NCBI GenBank assembly: GCA_039714075.1
Contig: JBDLKA010000010.1
Location: 1-58,621, forward strand
Reading direction: 5' to 3'
DNA length: 58,621 nucleotides
DNA from: Candidatus Krumholzibacteriota bacterium
GTDB lineage: Bacteria; Krumholzibacteriota; Krumholzibacteriia; LZORAL124-64-63
Positions 49,049-58,621 of this stretch are shown one piece after another (position 1 is the stretch's first letter; each line of letters starts with the position of its first letter). The position numbers were made by a program, and so were the translations under genes. The notes under the pieces are model-generated. The model saw only the letters and a program-made list of their open reading frames with translations. It ran no database searches and was not told the origin of the DNA.

Positions 49049-49071
49049 AAAACCGCCGCCCGGGGGCGGTT
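49049..49071 (-). terminator. Putative terminator after the methyltransferase gene
   Basis: Minus strand aaccgcc-cccgggc-ggcggtttt immediately after the stop. Confidence 0.5.
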
Positions 49072-50006
49072 CACTCGCCTTTCCTGCATTCGAACAGGAA
49101 ATCGAGGCCGAAATCGTGGAGGCCCGGCCAATTGCCCATTTCGGCCGAGAAATTCCGGTACCGGTAGTACCAGTCGGGCTTTCTTTTTTCTTTCGCGACT
49201 ATAACCCCCTGTCCCGCATTGCCTTGTGAATCAGCTCGGAGCTGGTGGTCCGCCTTCCAGTTTTTCTTCCGTTTCAGGATGCCCGCGTTGCGCAGCCCAC
49301 GTTTGATGCTGCCGGTTTTTTTCGAAAGGACGGTGAACCCGTGACTGTCCAAAAGCCACCGGAGGGTGCGGGCGGGAAAAAAGAAGATGTGCCCGCTCGG
49401 GCTTCGCGCGGGGATGCCCTCGGTCCGGTGGAATTCGATCAGGTTACGGCTGTCATTGATCCCGTTGGGCACCGCCAGGAAGAAATGGCCGCCCGGCTTG
49501 AGGACCCGGCGGCATTCGGCCAGCAGATCGACCGGGTCCAGGACGTGTTCGAGGACGTTGTTCATGTGGACATAATCGAAATGGCCGTCGGGATAGCCGG
49601 CGTCCCGCAGGTCTCCCTGCCGAACGTCCAGACCCAGTTCATCACGGGCATAGGCCGCGGCGTCCGGGCTGAATTCAACCCCGTGGACCTCCCAGTCGGT
49701 GCTCTGCCGGATACCGTTGAGGAAAAACCCCGTGGCGCAGCCCACGTCCAGGAAGCGGCCCGTTGTGGATATTTTCCTGAGTTTGCGTGCAAACCACGCT
49801 CCGCCGGCTTCACCCGGCCAGCGTCGAAAATCGTAGTAGGCGGCGGAGTAGAAACGGTTCAGGATTTCAGTGGTGGGCAGGGGATCGAAACGGATCACCC
49901 CGCAGGCGGGACACTGAACCAGCCGACTGGCCGTATCAGGGATCAGGGCGACTTCCGCCAAAATGGTATTTGATTCTGTATTTGGGCATACCGGACAGGG
50001 AGCCAC
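49071..50006 (-). CDS. Class I SAM-dependent methyltransferase with N-terminal Cys4 zinc motif
   Basis: CPVC...CPAC, LDVGCATG, GVEFS, VLEHVLDP, LKPGG. Confidence 0.88.
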   Translation of the reverse strand: MAPCPVCPNTESNTILAEVALIPDTASRLVQCPACGVIRFDPLPTTEILNRFYSAAYYDFRRWPGEAGGAWFARKLRKISTTGRFLDVGCATGFFLNGIRQSTDWEVHGVEFSPDAAAYARDELGLDVRQGDLRDAGYPDGHFDYVHMNNVLEHVLDPVDLLAECRRVLKPGGHFFLAVPNGINDSRNLIEFHRTEGIPARSPSGHIFFFPARTLRWLLDSHGFTVLSKKTGSIKRGLRNAGILKRKKNWKADHQLRADSQGNAGQGVIVAKEKRKPDWYYRYRNFSAEMGNWPGLHDFGLDFLFECRKGE

Positions 50007-50124
50007 CGGAGCCTCCAGGTTATTGGGGGAATGGGTTTGCGGTTAGCGGATAGTGAAATTTACCACCCATTTCCCTCCAACCCTACCTTTGAATCCAGGG
50101 TCTAACACAAATCACCGACCCCCT

Positions 50125-52308
50125 TCACCGTACGAGCATGACCTTGCTTGTAACCTCTCCGCTTCTCCCCTTGAGACGGATCAGATAAGCACCCGAAGGC
50201 GCTGCCGCGCCCGTATGTGTGCGTCCGTTCCAGTGCAGCAGGTGATCCCCCCCGGCGAAGCTGCGGCTGGCGACGGTGGCGATGTGACGGCCGGACAGGT
50301 CGTACACCTGGACCTGCAGGTCATCGGGCCGATCGAGTGTGAACGAGATCGAGACCTGTGGGTTGGCGGGATTGGGAAAGATCGAGGTGAGCACCGTTTG
50401 CGGAAGTGGCTGCTCTTGGGGAACGGCTGACGGCGCGCACTGCCGAGGCAGGACCATCAGGCCATACCCTCCCGCGGCGTAGACATGCTCTCCGTCGACA
50501 CAGATGCCCATGGTTCCATACAAGTAATGCCCGCCGAAGTCCACCATCCCCACATACGACGGCGCCGACGGGTCCAACACATCGATGACCGTGACGCCGG
50601 CCTCATAGTCCGCCACATACGCCATGCCGCCAAAAACCACCACGTCCTTGGCCTCGCCGGGCGTATCGACGTGGCATACGAGATGCGGCATCGTCGGGTC
50701 GGATACGTCGACGATCTCCAGACCATTGTTATCCGCAGCCAGGTAGGCCAGGTCGCCGACGACAGTCACTCCTTCGGGATAGATGGGCGATTCGTACTCG
50801 CTGAGCAATGCCGGATTACCGGGATCCGAGATGTCATAGATCCGCAACCCGACAAACGTCGCCAAATAGGCGATGTTCTGCTGGACCTCGATGTCGTGCC
50901 CATATCCCAGAAACTCGTCATAACTCACCGGCACGGGTGCTGAAGGGTCGGTGACGTCAAAGACCTCCAGTGAACCGTAGTTGAAAGGGGCTACATTGCC
51001 CAAGCCCGAGACATAGGCGTAGTTCCCGTCCACGGCGACACCGCGGCCGGCCCGTTGAAGGTCGTACCGGCCCAGGTTGACGGGGGCTGTGGGAATGGAG
51101 ATATCGACAATGTTCATGCCATGTCCTCCCACCAGGAAGGCAAGGTGGCCGGAAACGCAAACGGCGCGGGGTAAATCATAGGACCGCGTAGCGGCCACGA
51201 GATTAGGCGCTGTCGGATCGGCGACGTCCACGACACGCAGGTGGTTGTCGGACACCACATAGGCGTAGTCGCCGGCGACGGCCAAGCCGGTCGTTATATC
51301 GGTGTCGCAGTAGCCAAGCGGCACCGGCGTTTCGGGAACGGATACGTCGAACGCCATGAGCCGGCTATCATGGACCCGGGAGTCGATCACGAATGCTGTC
51401 GTTCCGGCCAGCGCCACGCGCCCGGGGCGCTGGGCAGCCGTTGTGACACCAAGCAGCTCCGGCAAGGCCGGATCGACAAGGTCGAGGGTTTTAAATCCAC
51501 CGTAGTCGGCGGCCAGATACGCACGCTCTCCTGAAACGACGATGCCGCAGACAGAGAGGCCGAAATCGTGAAGGCTGACCAATGCCGGCGCCTCCGGATC
51601 CGATATGTCGGCGATCAGCAAACCATCACTTGTGCCCAGATAGGCCCGGTTGGCGCTCTCGACCAGTTCGTAGACGGTTGTCGGCAGGGCGAGGTCACCG
51701 CGCAGGACCGGCTGTAGGGGATCGGTCACGTCGATCATCTGCAAACCGACCGTAGTGTCCGACACGCAGACGAAATTACCCGTTACGGATATCGATTCGG
51801 TGATGCCCGGTGTGATCACGCCGCCGACGCGGGTGGGAACCTCGGGGAAGGTCAGATCGAATACCTGTACGCCGCTGTCACGACAGGCGGCGTACAGGTA
51901 ACCGCCACCGAAGGCCACGTCCCGCGTCTCGCCGGGGGCGGGCCACGTGCCGGTATGAAGCGGATTCGTCGGATCACTGACATCGAAGACCGCGATCCCG
52001 CTACCCTGAACGGCGGCGTACAAAAACGGCCAGTCCAGGGTGAACCGACGGAGATTGAGGCTCGTCGCGACTCTTCCGAGGATTGGCATCGAGCTGGGGT
52101 CGGTGATGTCGACGACCGACAGTTCATCAAGGTCCGAGACGTAGACCAGCCCGTTGTGGACAACCAGATCACCGGCGGATCGGCCTATGATCCTCGAAGA
52201 TTTCCACTTCAGGTAGGAACCGTAGTCGAGGCAGACGGCGAGGGTCTGAACAGGAACGACGGTGGCAAAAATCAGCAGGCAAACGGCAAGCCTTACGGAA
52301 CGATTCAT
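50125..52308 (-). CDS. Secreted LVIVD-repeat beta-propeller protein with FlgD/T9SS-like C-terminal domain
   Basis: Signal peptide; many [V.V.G..AY.A...GL.I.D(I/V)SDP..P] repeats; FPNPANP...VYDLSGRHI...WNGR...SGAYLIRL. Confidence 0.88.
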   Translation of the reverse strand: MNRSVRLAVCLLIFATVVPVQTLAVCLDYGSYLKWKSSRIIGRSAGDLVVHNGLVYVSDLDELSVVDITDPSSMPILGRVATSLNLRRFTLDWPFLYAAVQGSGIAVFDVSDPTNPLHTGTWPAPGETRDVAFGGGYLYAACRDSGVQVFDLTFPEVPTRVGGVITPGITESISVTGNFVCVSDTTVGLQMIDVTDPLQPVLRGDLALPTTVYELVESANRAYLGTSDGLLIADISDPEAPALVSLHDFGLSVCGIVVSGERAYLAADYGGFKTLDLVDPALPELLGVTTAAQRPGRVALAGTTAFVIDSRVHDSRLMAFDVSVPETPVPLGYCDTDITTGLAVAGDYAYVVSDNHLRVVDVADPTAPNLVAATRSYDLPRAVCVSGHLAFLVGGHGMNIVDISIPTAPVNLGRYDLQRAGRGVAVDGNYAYVSGLGNVAPFNYGSLEVFDVTDPSAPVPVSYDEFLGYGHDIEVQQNIAYLATFVGLRIYDISDPGNPALLSEYESPIYPEGVTVVGDLAYLAADNNGLEIVDVSDPTMPHLVCHVDTPGEAKDVVVFGGMAYVADYEAGVTVIDVLDPSAPSYVGMVDFGGHYLYGTMGICVDGEHVYAAGGYGLMVLPRQCAPSAVPQEQPLPQTVLTSIFPNPANPQVSISFTLDRPDDLQVQVYDLSGRHIATVASRSFAGGDHLLHWNGRTHTGAAAPSGAYLIRLKGRSGEVTSKVMLVR

Positions 52309-52377
52309 GATATATCCTCCGATATACTACGCAGCGGGTCCTGCACACGAATTCGTGTTACTTGCCCTGATTTCGGT

Positions 52378-52800
52378 TATGAAAACATTCTATCACATTT
52401 TCGTGCGTCCGGTGGGGGTGGGTTCGTTGGGTGGCCAAGCTGCCGCTCGAAAGTTGGGAACAGGTCAGGCAAGTCAACAGGCCGTCTGCCAGGAAAGTTT
52501 GAAAAACAACCTCCAACTGGGACTGGACGATCGAATCCGCGGGTAACATGGTGCTGTCGGGCGTGGACGCCCAGCAATCGTTCAGTAATACGTATACCTT
52601 TGATGCAGGAGGAGATTTGTGTTTGACCGGCAGCATCACCTTCGACCCGGCAGTGTCGTTGAGCCCGGTATATATCACCTATACCCCGCCTCGAAAGATA
52701 CTGGACTATCCTCTGACCCAGGACAAGACCTGGACTTCCCAATCATTGGTGGAAAGCTCCAAAAGTCCCATCTCTCTCACGACACGACGGTTGCCTATCG
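52378..52800 (+). pseudogene. Possible degraded fragment of a secreted-protein gene
   Basis: Two short ORF pieces; the second has protein-like NTYTFDAGGDL...TYTPPRKILDYPLTQDKTWTS; no intact signal peptide or long frame; lower GC. Confidence 0.35.
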
Positions 52801-52809
52801 TGATCCGGA

Positions 52810-55800
52810 TCAGTCGACGTCTATCACTGGCGACAGATAGATCCAGGTAGGGTCGCGTCCCTCGTTCACGGCGGCCAGGGATTCCCGCACCAGGCGGTTG
52901 AACTCGCCGCCGTAGCTGACATCCTCCATGAGGCGCCAGCTCTCCACGGCCCGGTCCCGGTCCCCCTCGATCCATTGGCACAGGCCGATGAAGTACCCGT
53001 TGACCACCCTCTGCTCGGGCCGGTCGTCCCGGATCATCCGGGTGAATATCTCCATCGCCTCGTCCGTTTTTCCCTGCCGCATCAGGACGACGGCCAGGGT
53101 GTTGTCCTCGAAGGCGCTGCCTCCGCTCAGGGAGATCGACATGCGCACCAGGTATTCGGCCCGGCCCAGGTCGCGGCCACCGCAAGCCAGGACCCACGCC
53201 ATGTTGTTGTTCACATCGGGAAGCAGGGGATATTCCGAGTGCACGGGCGTCAAGGCCTCGATGGCGTCTTCCCACCGCCGTTCCCGGATGGCCAGGTCCG
53301 AGACGACAATCTGGTAGGTGATGGGATCCATGAGGTCCGCCGCCACGTCCATCAGATCCCGGGCCTTTCCCATCCGATTGGATTCCTTGTATCCCTGGAT
53401 CTTGGCCATCACCAGCTGGACGCTGTCGACGGAGGTCGAGATGAGGTGGAGTCGCTTCTCCTCGTGCGCGGCCTTCTCGTCCTCGCCGAGGGCCAGGTAC
53501 TGGGTGATCAACGGGAAGGAAAAGCTCTCGTCCCCGGTCAGGGACTGGACCCGCAGGAGGTTCTCGATCACCCGCTCCCTGTGGCCGAGTTGCTGGTCGA
53601 CGAAGACGGCGTAGCCAAGCAGGTAGGGATCGCGGGGAGAACGTTCGAGGCCGATGGTCAGTAGGGAGTCAGCAACGGCATACTCGTTGTCGGTGATCGC
53701 GATGTTCGCCGCCAGCAGGTAGGGGATTCCGCCGACGTCAGGATGAGCCAGGGCCGGAGCCAGGAGCTCCCGGGCTACGGCGCGGCGTTCGACGCCGGCC
53801 TCTCCGTCGCCTCCCATGTCCCCGCCCAGCACCTGCTGGGCGGCCTGGAACGAGAACGCCAGGTCGTCGGGATTCTCGCGGCAGTAGGCGCGCAGATCCT
53901 CGATCCGGGAGTCGTCGCTCAACCGGTGATGGCGGATGGGTTGGCAACTCGCCAGGGCGTAGCTGTAGTACTGGTCGCGAACCTCGAGGAACTCCTCCGG
54001 GGAGTACACCCGCCGGTCGAACCGGACTTCGCGACGGATCTCCAGCCAGCGCCTGCCGTCCTGGTCGCGCTCCAGAACCTCGACTTTGCCCTCGAAGCCG
54101 GGAGCGGAAACCTTGATGGGTGAGTGGCGCGCCGAGAGCCTCCACCCCATTTCCTCGTGGGCCCGCAGAGTCACCTTGAGCACCTTGGCGGACTCGATCT
54201 CGAAGGGGAGCTTCCGCTCCTCTTCCTCCGGGAACATCACATCGGTGTCCGTGGAGGCGACCCAGACCAGGAAAGCGTCGTGGTTGCTGGGGGAGGCCCA
54301 CAGGGTGTCCCGGAACACGGCTTCCACGCCCAGGGTGCCGCAGTCGATTTCATGCTTGCTGCAGCTCAGCAGGACCAGGGACTCACTGACCTGATTGCCG
54401 AGAACGGCTTGGACGATGGCATCGGCCGTCAAGGTGTCCGGTGCGTCCAGCATCGTCTCCAGGACTTCCTTCTCCAGGCTGCGGACCGTGGCGGAAACCT
54501 CGGCCCGGAGTTTGCCGTCCGCCTCGGGGTGCAGGTCGATTTCGATATCGAGCCGGGGCGGATCCGCCATGATCTCGGGAATGCGGACCAGTTTCCCGCT
54601 GCCGTCGGAACGGATCAGGAGTCCGCGTTGTCCCGCGACGTTCTCCGGCAGGTCGGCCAGACAGCCGGTTCCCAGGGTGGGGTCCGCGAATGTTCCGCGG
54701 TCCAGGCCGGGAAAGTAGGCGATGAGGTGGTCGAAGGCGCTGGCGTTGGGGAACCCCTTCTCGACGGCCGGTGAAGGGCGCGTGCCGACCAGGACGGGCA
54801 GGCATTCCAGGCCGACTCCCGCGGCCAGGGACGCCAGGACGGCCACCTTGTCCTTGCAGTCGCCGTACCCCCGGGCGATCACCTCCTCGCTCGGCATCGG
54901 AACAAGGCGGCCCGGGCCGACCTCGATCCCGATGTTGTCGATTTCATCCTGGACGTAGGCGAAGAGGGCTTGGGCACGATCGGCATCGTTGTCGAAGCCG
55001 GAAGTCAGCTGCGCGGCCAGGTCGCCGATGGCGTCTGTCAATTTGGTCTTGTCATCGAACCGATCGCCGTAGAACGAGGCCACTTGGTCCCAGCTGTCGT
55101 AGGTCGTGCAACCGATCCAGTGGGGAAGGACGGCTTCCAGAGGGGCTGCCTCCTCCCAAAGGACGGCGGGCCGGTCGACCATCCGCCACCGGTACAGTGT
55201 GGTTCCAGACAGGTCTTCGCGCTCCGTTTCGACCGCCTGATGGTCGGTGAACAGGTAGTGCTCGACCCCGTCGGCGACCACGAGCTCCACGATCTCCTCG
55301 CGCTGTGGATGGATGTTCCCGTAGGTATAGGTCCAGGCATGCCCGAGGTTCAGGAAGGGCGGGGTCGACACCTGGTAGCAGCAATCGACCACCATCCCGG
55401 TTTTGAGACCCGGGAAGGGGATGACCAGATCGCGCCGGTCGCTGACGTTCGCCTCCTCCCCCGCATGAGCCGTCACCATGGCCTGGTCCAGGGGAATCTC
55501 GCGAACCTCGCCCCCGGGGGCAATGATGCGGGCGCAGAGGACCCGGGGGACGTCGCCGTCGTTGAAGAAGGGAACCCTGACGGTTTCGAGTTGCAGGGCC
55601 GCGAAATCACTGAGGATCTGGACTGTGAACCGGGTGCGGGTCACGAGTTGGGTGGCGGAGGGCAGGTAGTTCGATTCCCGGTTCCGCAGGACGAGCATTT
55701 CCTGGCCGGGGAACTCGTCGGGACCGGCCCGGCGGTCTTCAATCCAGTCGGTGGCTGTGTAGTCGAATTCCAGACCGGCCAGGGAAGTCGTCCCCGTGTC

Positions 55801-57702
55801 GGGCCGGGGATCCTTGTAGGTCTCCACCAACCCGCCGGCTTCGATCAGAAGTCGGTCGACTGCCTCGGACCCCGGCCAGACGGCCTGCAGGCCGGCCAGC
55901 ACCGATCGCGATTCGTCGAGTTCGCCCCTCAATCCGAGGACCTCGGCCCGGACAAGTCCCGCCTTGCGACATCCGGCGGGAGCCTCGGCCTCGATCCGCT
56001 CCAGCGCCTGATTGGCCAGGTCCGGCATCCCGGCCCTTTCGACCAGGGGAGCCGTCTTGACCAGGACCTCGGGGGGAGTGTCCGGGGCATCCAACAAATC
56101 CCGCATCATGGACCGTGCCTTGTCCTGGTCGCCGGTCATCAGGGCGGATCGGATCCGCAGACCAGCCGCCGTGGGCGGAGGCGGATCGAACTCTGCAAGA
56201 TCCTGGAGGACAGCGTCCGCCGGGTCGGTGTGTTCGCCCGCCAGCATCACTTGGGCGATGAAATGCAACAGGACAGTGTTGCCCGGCGCGTGCTTCCGGA
56301 CGAAGGCTGCCAGTTCCTCCATGCGATCGAGATCGATCCGGTTCATGGCGCCCATGATGGCACCGCCGAAATTTTCCAGCGCCGGGGAAATCCCCATGGA
56401 TGCCTGGACAGCGGAGAGGAACTCCCGGTCGCCCCTGCTCTCCGCGGCATAGAGTTGCTCCCAGAGGAACGACCCCTCGCCCAGGCAGGCCACGAGGCTG
56501 TCGAGCAGAGCCGTGCCGGAAGCCGGGTCCTCCCAGAGCAGGGTCCGCAGCCGGGAATGCTGGTGCGCCAGAGGGTTTTCCAGAGCGACGACCTGGCGCA
56601 GGCTGTCGGCGGCAGCCGACAGATTGCGGTCACGGAAGATCTCGGCAGCCGCCTGCCAGGTCCTGGAGAGGTCTCCCCGGGGCAGGAGGCGGGCCCAGCG
56701 TTCGACTTGATCCGCGTCCGGGTTCCAGTCGGCCTGCCCGATCAGGAAGAACCACGGAACTCCGGCGAAACCCCTCTCGACCGGCGACAGGGTCCGGTAG
56801 GCCTGGAGATCGAGGTTTTCTACCTGCTGCAGAGTGGCCAGGCACAGCCGGTATTTCTCCGAGGGGATCCAGTAGGATCTCTGTGCCAGGATTTCCTGGA
56901 GATCACTTGAGGAAACCATGGCCAGAGCGGACCGGAACAGTGACTCGAGGAACCCGATGCAGACAGCAGGATTATCAGCATGGAATCCATCGAGAAGCTG
57001 GGCAAAAGTCTCGCCGGTCAGGCCCGGCCGTCGGGCCGCCTGGATCATTTCCTGGCCGGCCGCCATGGCCGCCAGTTGGGGTCGTGCCGGGCGGCTTTCG
57101 AGCGTGGCCAGGATTTCGTCCCTTTGGAAATGGTACTTCGACCGGAAATTTTCTGTAATCAGGTAGGTCAGTATATAATGGGCGGACCGGGAATCAGCCA
57201 AGGCGGACCGAACGACATCATCCTCCTGCTCGGTGCCGTACACGGCAAGGAAATATGCAGCCAGACCGAGGGGACTGTGGGGATGCTCAACAAGGAACGG
57301 TTCCAGGAGGGCGCGGGCGGACGCCAGGTAACCCGCGCAGACCAGTCCGAAGCCCTCGAGCAGGATTTCGTCCTCCGGCCTCAGTCCGTCGAGCCCGGTG
57401 AATTCCTCAGCGGATCCCGCCGCCAGGGCGTCCAACAGCCCAGTCAGGGTCGTCCGGTCCCGGTGCCATCTCACGACCGCAGCCAGGATCCTGTCCTCGT
57501 GGGGATAGCGCTCCCAGAAGTCGGACTTGACGGCCTCGAACTCCACGGCGTCCTCGAACCATCTCGCCTCGGTCAGGTGCATGGCCAGGGTGTCGGCCTC
57601 GGTCGCGGCGCCCCAGACGGCGGTGGCGGAATAGTCGATTGTGGCGGCGGCAGGTGTCGATGCAAGAAGAACCAAGGCCGGGAACAGGATCATCATCTTC
57701 AT
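52810..57702 (-). CDS. Large exported TPR / DUF3857 / transglutaminase-like domain protein (about 1630 aa)
   Basis: Signal peptide MKMMILF...AAA; helical repeats at both ends; IPFPGLKTG; GYGDCKDK, FDHLIAY, FADPT triad; NNMAW TPR. Confidence 0.85.
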   Translation of the reverse strand: MKMMILFPALVLLASTPAAATIDYSATAVWGAATEADTLAMHLTEARWFEDAVEFEAVKSDFWERYPHEDRILAAVVRWHRDRTTLTGLLDALAAGSAEEFTGLDGLRPEDEILLEGFGLVCAGYLASARALLEPFLVEHPHSPLGLAAYFLAVYGTEQEDDVVRSALADSRSAHYILTYLITENFRSKYHFQRDEILATLESRPARPQLAAMAAGQEMIQAARRPGLTGETFAQLLDGFHADNPAVCIGFLESLFRSALAMVSSSDLQEILAQRSYWIPSEKYRLCLATLQQVENLDLQAYRTLSPVERGFAGVPWFFLIGQADWNPDADQVERWARLLPRGDLSRTWQAAAEIFRDRNLSAAADSLRQVVALENPLAHQHSRLRTLLWEDPASGTALLDSLVACLGEGSFLWEQLYAAESRGDREFLSAVQASMGISPALENFGGAIMGAMNRIDLDRMEELAAFVRKHAPGNTVLLHFIAQVMLAGEHTDPADAVLQDLAEFDPPPPTAAGLRIRSALMTGDQDKARSMMRDLLDAPDTPPEVLVKTAPLVERAGMPDLANQALERIEAEAPAGCRKAGLVRAEVLGLRGELDESRSVLAGLQAVWPGSEAVDRLLIEAGGLVETYKDPRPDTGTTSLAGLEFDYTATDWIEDRRAGPDEFPGQEMLVLRNRESNYLPSATQLVTRTRFTVQILSDFAALQLETVRVPFFNDGDVPRVLCARIIAPGGEVREIPLDQAMVTAHAGEEANVSDRRDLVIPFPGLKTGMVVDCCYQVSTPPFLNLGHAWTYTYGNIHPQREEIVELVVADGVEHYLFTDHQAVETEREDLSGTTLYRWRMVDRPAVLWEEAAPLEAVLPHWIGCTTYDSWDQVASFYGDRFDDKTKLTDAIGDLAAQLTSGFDNDADRAQALFAYVQDEIDNIGIEVGPGRLVPMPSEEVIARGYGDCKDKVAVLASLAAGVGLECLPVLVGTRPSPAVEKGFPNASAFDHLIAYFPGLDRGTFADPTLGTGCLADLPENVAGQRGLLIRSDGSGKLVRIPEIMADPPRLDIEIDLHPEADGKLRAEVSATVRSLEKEVLETMLDAPDTLTADAIVQAVLGNQVSESLVLLSCSKHEIDCGTLGVEAVFRDTLWASPSNHDAFLVWVASTDTDVMFPEEEERKLPFEIESAKVLKVTLRAHEEMGWRLSARHSPIKVSAPGFEGKVEVLERDQDGRRWLEIRREVRFDRRVYSPEEFLEVRDQYYSYALASCQPIRHHRLSDDSRIEDLRAYCRENPDDLAFSFQAAQQVLGGDMGGDGEAGVERRAVARELLAPALAHPDVGGIPYLLAANIAITDNEYAVADSLLTIGLERSPRDPYLLGYAVFVDQQLGHRERVIENLLRVQSLTGDESFSFPLITQYLALGEDEKAAHEEKRLHLISTSVDSVQLVMAKIQGYKESNRMGKARDLMDVAADLMDPITYQIVVSDLAIRERRWEDAIEALTPVHSEYPLLPDVNNNMAWVLACGGRDLGRAEYLVRMSISLSGGSAFEDNTLAVVLMRQGKTDEAMEIFTRMIRDDRPEQRVVNGYFIGLCQWIEGDRDRAVESWRLMEDVSYGGEFNRLVRESLAAVNEGRDPTWIYLSPVIDVD

Positions 57703-57896
57703 GGCATATCCCCCTTGTAACCCCAATGGGGTCAATCATATTTCCACATGATAATACGATGTCGGGAGATGTCATCATCACGCTCCGGGAGCGATTGATC
57801 CTGGGGGAGAGACTTGGGTTGTGCCTTTGAAATTGTGTCCGGCCTCAGTCGAAGGCCGGGAAGGCTGATATTCTCTTGCGGAGATAACAATATGAC

Positions 57897-57928
57897 AAAA
57901 AGCGGTGTCCCCGGGGACGCCGCTTTTT
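57897..57928. terminator. Intrinsic terminator downstream of rplQ
   Basis: aaaaagcggtgtcc-ccgg-ggacgccgcttttt. Confidence 0.85.
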
Positions 57929-58053
57929 GATCTCAAGTGTGTTCGTGGGGCCAAACACAATTTCGAAGGCACAATCTATAATTTACCCCTGGAAGTTTCG
58001 TCGTAACGAATCCTCCAGGGGTATATCCTCGGCAAGGCGGAAGAAAGGGAGAA

Positions 58054-58587
58054 CTAGTCCTCCTTTTTCTCCTCCTCAGCGGCTTCAGGAGCTTCTTCAG
58101 CTTCTTCGACTTCCGCGGCTTCGACCTCGGCCTCCTCCACGAGAGCGGCCTTGGCTTCGGCCTTCTCCTGGGCCTCGAGAACCTTCCGCGCACGCTTCCG
58201 CTTCAGGCTGTCGGTGGTCTTGGGCCGGGCGGTGTTGTCCACCAGCTCGAGAATGGCCAGCTCCGCGTTGTCGCCCTTGCGGGGACCCAGCCGCATGATC
58301 CGCGTGTAACCACCCGGACGCTCGGCGTAACGGGGACCGATCTCCTCGAACAGCTTCTGCAGCACCTCGGACTCGTTGACCTTGCGGGCCGCCATCCGAC
58401 GCGCGTGCAGATCACCCCGCTTGGCGAAGGTGATCAGCTTTTCGGCCACCATGCGGGCCTCCTTGGCCTTGGGCACGGTGGTCTGGATGCGCTCGTGCTT
58501 GAACAGAGCGGTCACCAGGTTGCGGTAAAGCATCTTCCGGTGGGCCGGAGTGCGATTCAGTTTACGTCCGCTGACATTGTGTCGCAT
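58054..58587 (-). CDS. rplQ: 50S ribosomal protein L17 with an acidic C-terminal extension
   Basis: MRH...[34 protein letters not shown]. Confidence 0.97.
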   Translation of the reverse strand: MRHNVSGRKLNRTPAHRKMLYRNLVTALFKHERIQTTVPKAKEARMVAEKLITFAKRGDLHARRMAARKVNESEVLQKLFEEIGPRYAERPGGYTRIMRLGPRKGDNAELAILELVDNTARPKTTDSLKRKRARKVLEAQEKAEAKAALVEEAEVEAAEVEEAEEAPEAAEEEKKED

Positions 58588-58601
58588 GACTCATTCCATC
58601 C

Positions 58602-58621
58602 TTAGTATTCTACCGGACGCC
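58602..58621 (-). CDS. Probable 3' end of the upstream gene (rpoA by synteny)
   Basis: Only ...RPVEY-TAA is visible; the identity is inferred from the usual rpoA-rplQ order. Confidence 0.3.

Noticed and set aside
58054..58200. Glu/Ala-rich repetitive tail of L17
   Set aside because: Low-complexity C-terminal extensions are common in L17 of several phyla.
54..58605. Many long ORFs antisense to or overlapping real genes (e.g. 13725..15596+, 16784..19018+, 20869..23547+, 45501..47591+, 54970..56910+, 27831..29564-)
   Set aside because: Shadow ORFs expected in high-GC DNA; they have no motifs and lie opposite well-supported genes.

Overview
High-GC bacterial chromosomal segment with about 46 densely packed genes. 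I found no rRNA, tRNA, CRISPR array or transposase. FlgD/T9SS-like C-terminal domains, a PorV-family barrel, a GldA/F/G-like ABC system and lone PTS-IIA genes suggest an FCB-group lineage outside Bacteroidota, such as Krumholzibacteriota or Latescibacterota (inference). Housekeeping genes include rsmI, nadE, trkH/trkA, ltaE, HU, rsgA, mrp, metG, add, fabH and rplQ. Most notable: (1) a four-gene sphingolipid-like operon (spt, bCerS-like GNAT, CerR-like reductase, AUR1/IPT1-like PAP2 phosphotransferase), plus a PI-synthase-like gene at the left edge; (2) two adjacent tiny genes with in-frame UGA codons, one missed by the ORF track and followed by a SECIS-like hairpin, i.e. candidate selenoproteins; (3) a five-gene envelope operon (triple lamin-tail-domain secreted protein, PorV-like barrel, ComEA-HhH barrel, FadL-like barrel, 5'-nucleotidase) that looks like an extracellular DNA/nucleotide scavenging system; (4) a single-domain Clp D2-type ATPase with an IGF loop; (5) two correctly spaced sigma-54 promoters ahead of small uncharacterised envelope genes; (6) a 193-bp MITE/REP-like element with about 57-bp inverted repeats. 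All family assignments come from motif recognition by eye, not database searches.
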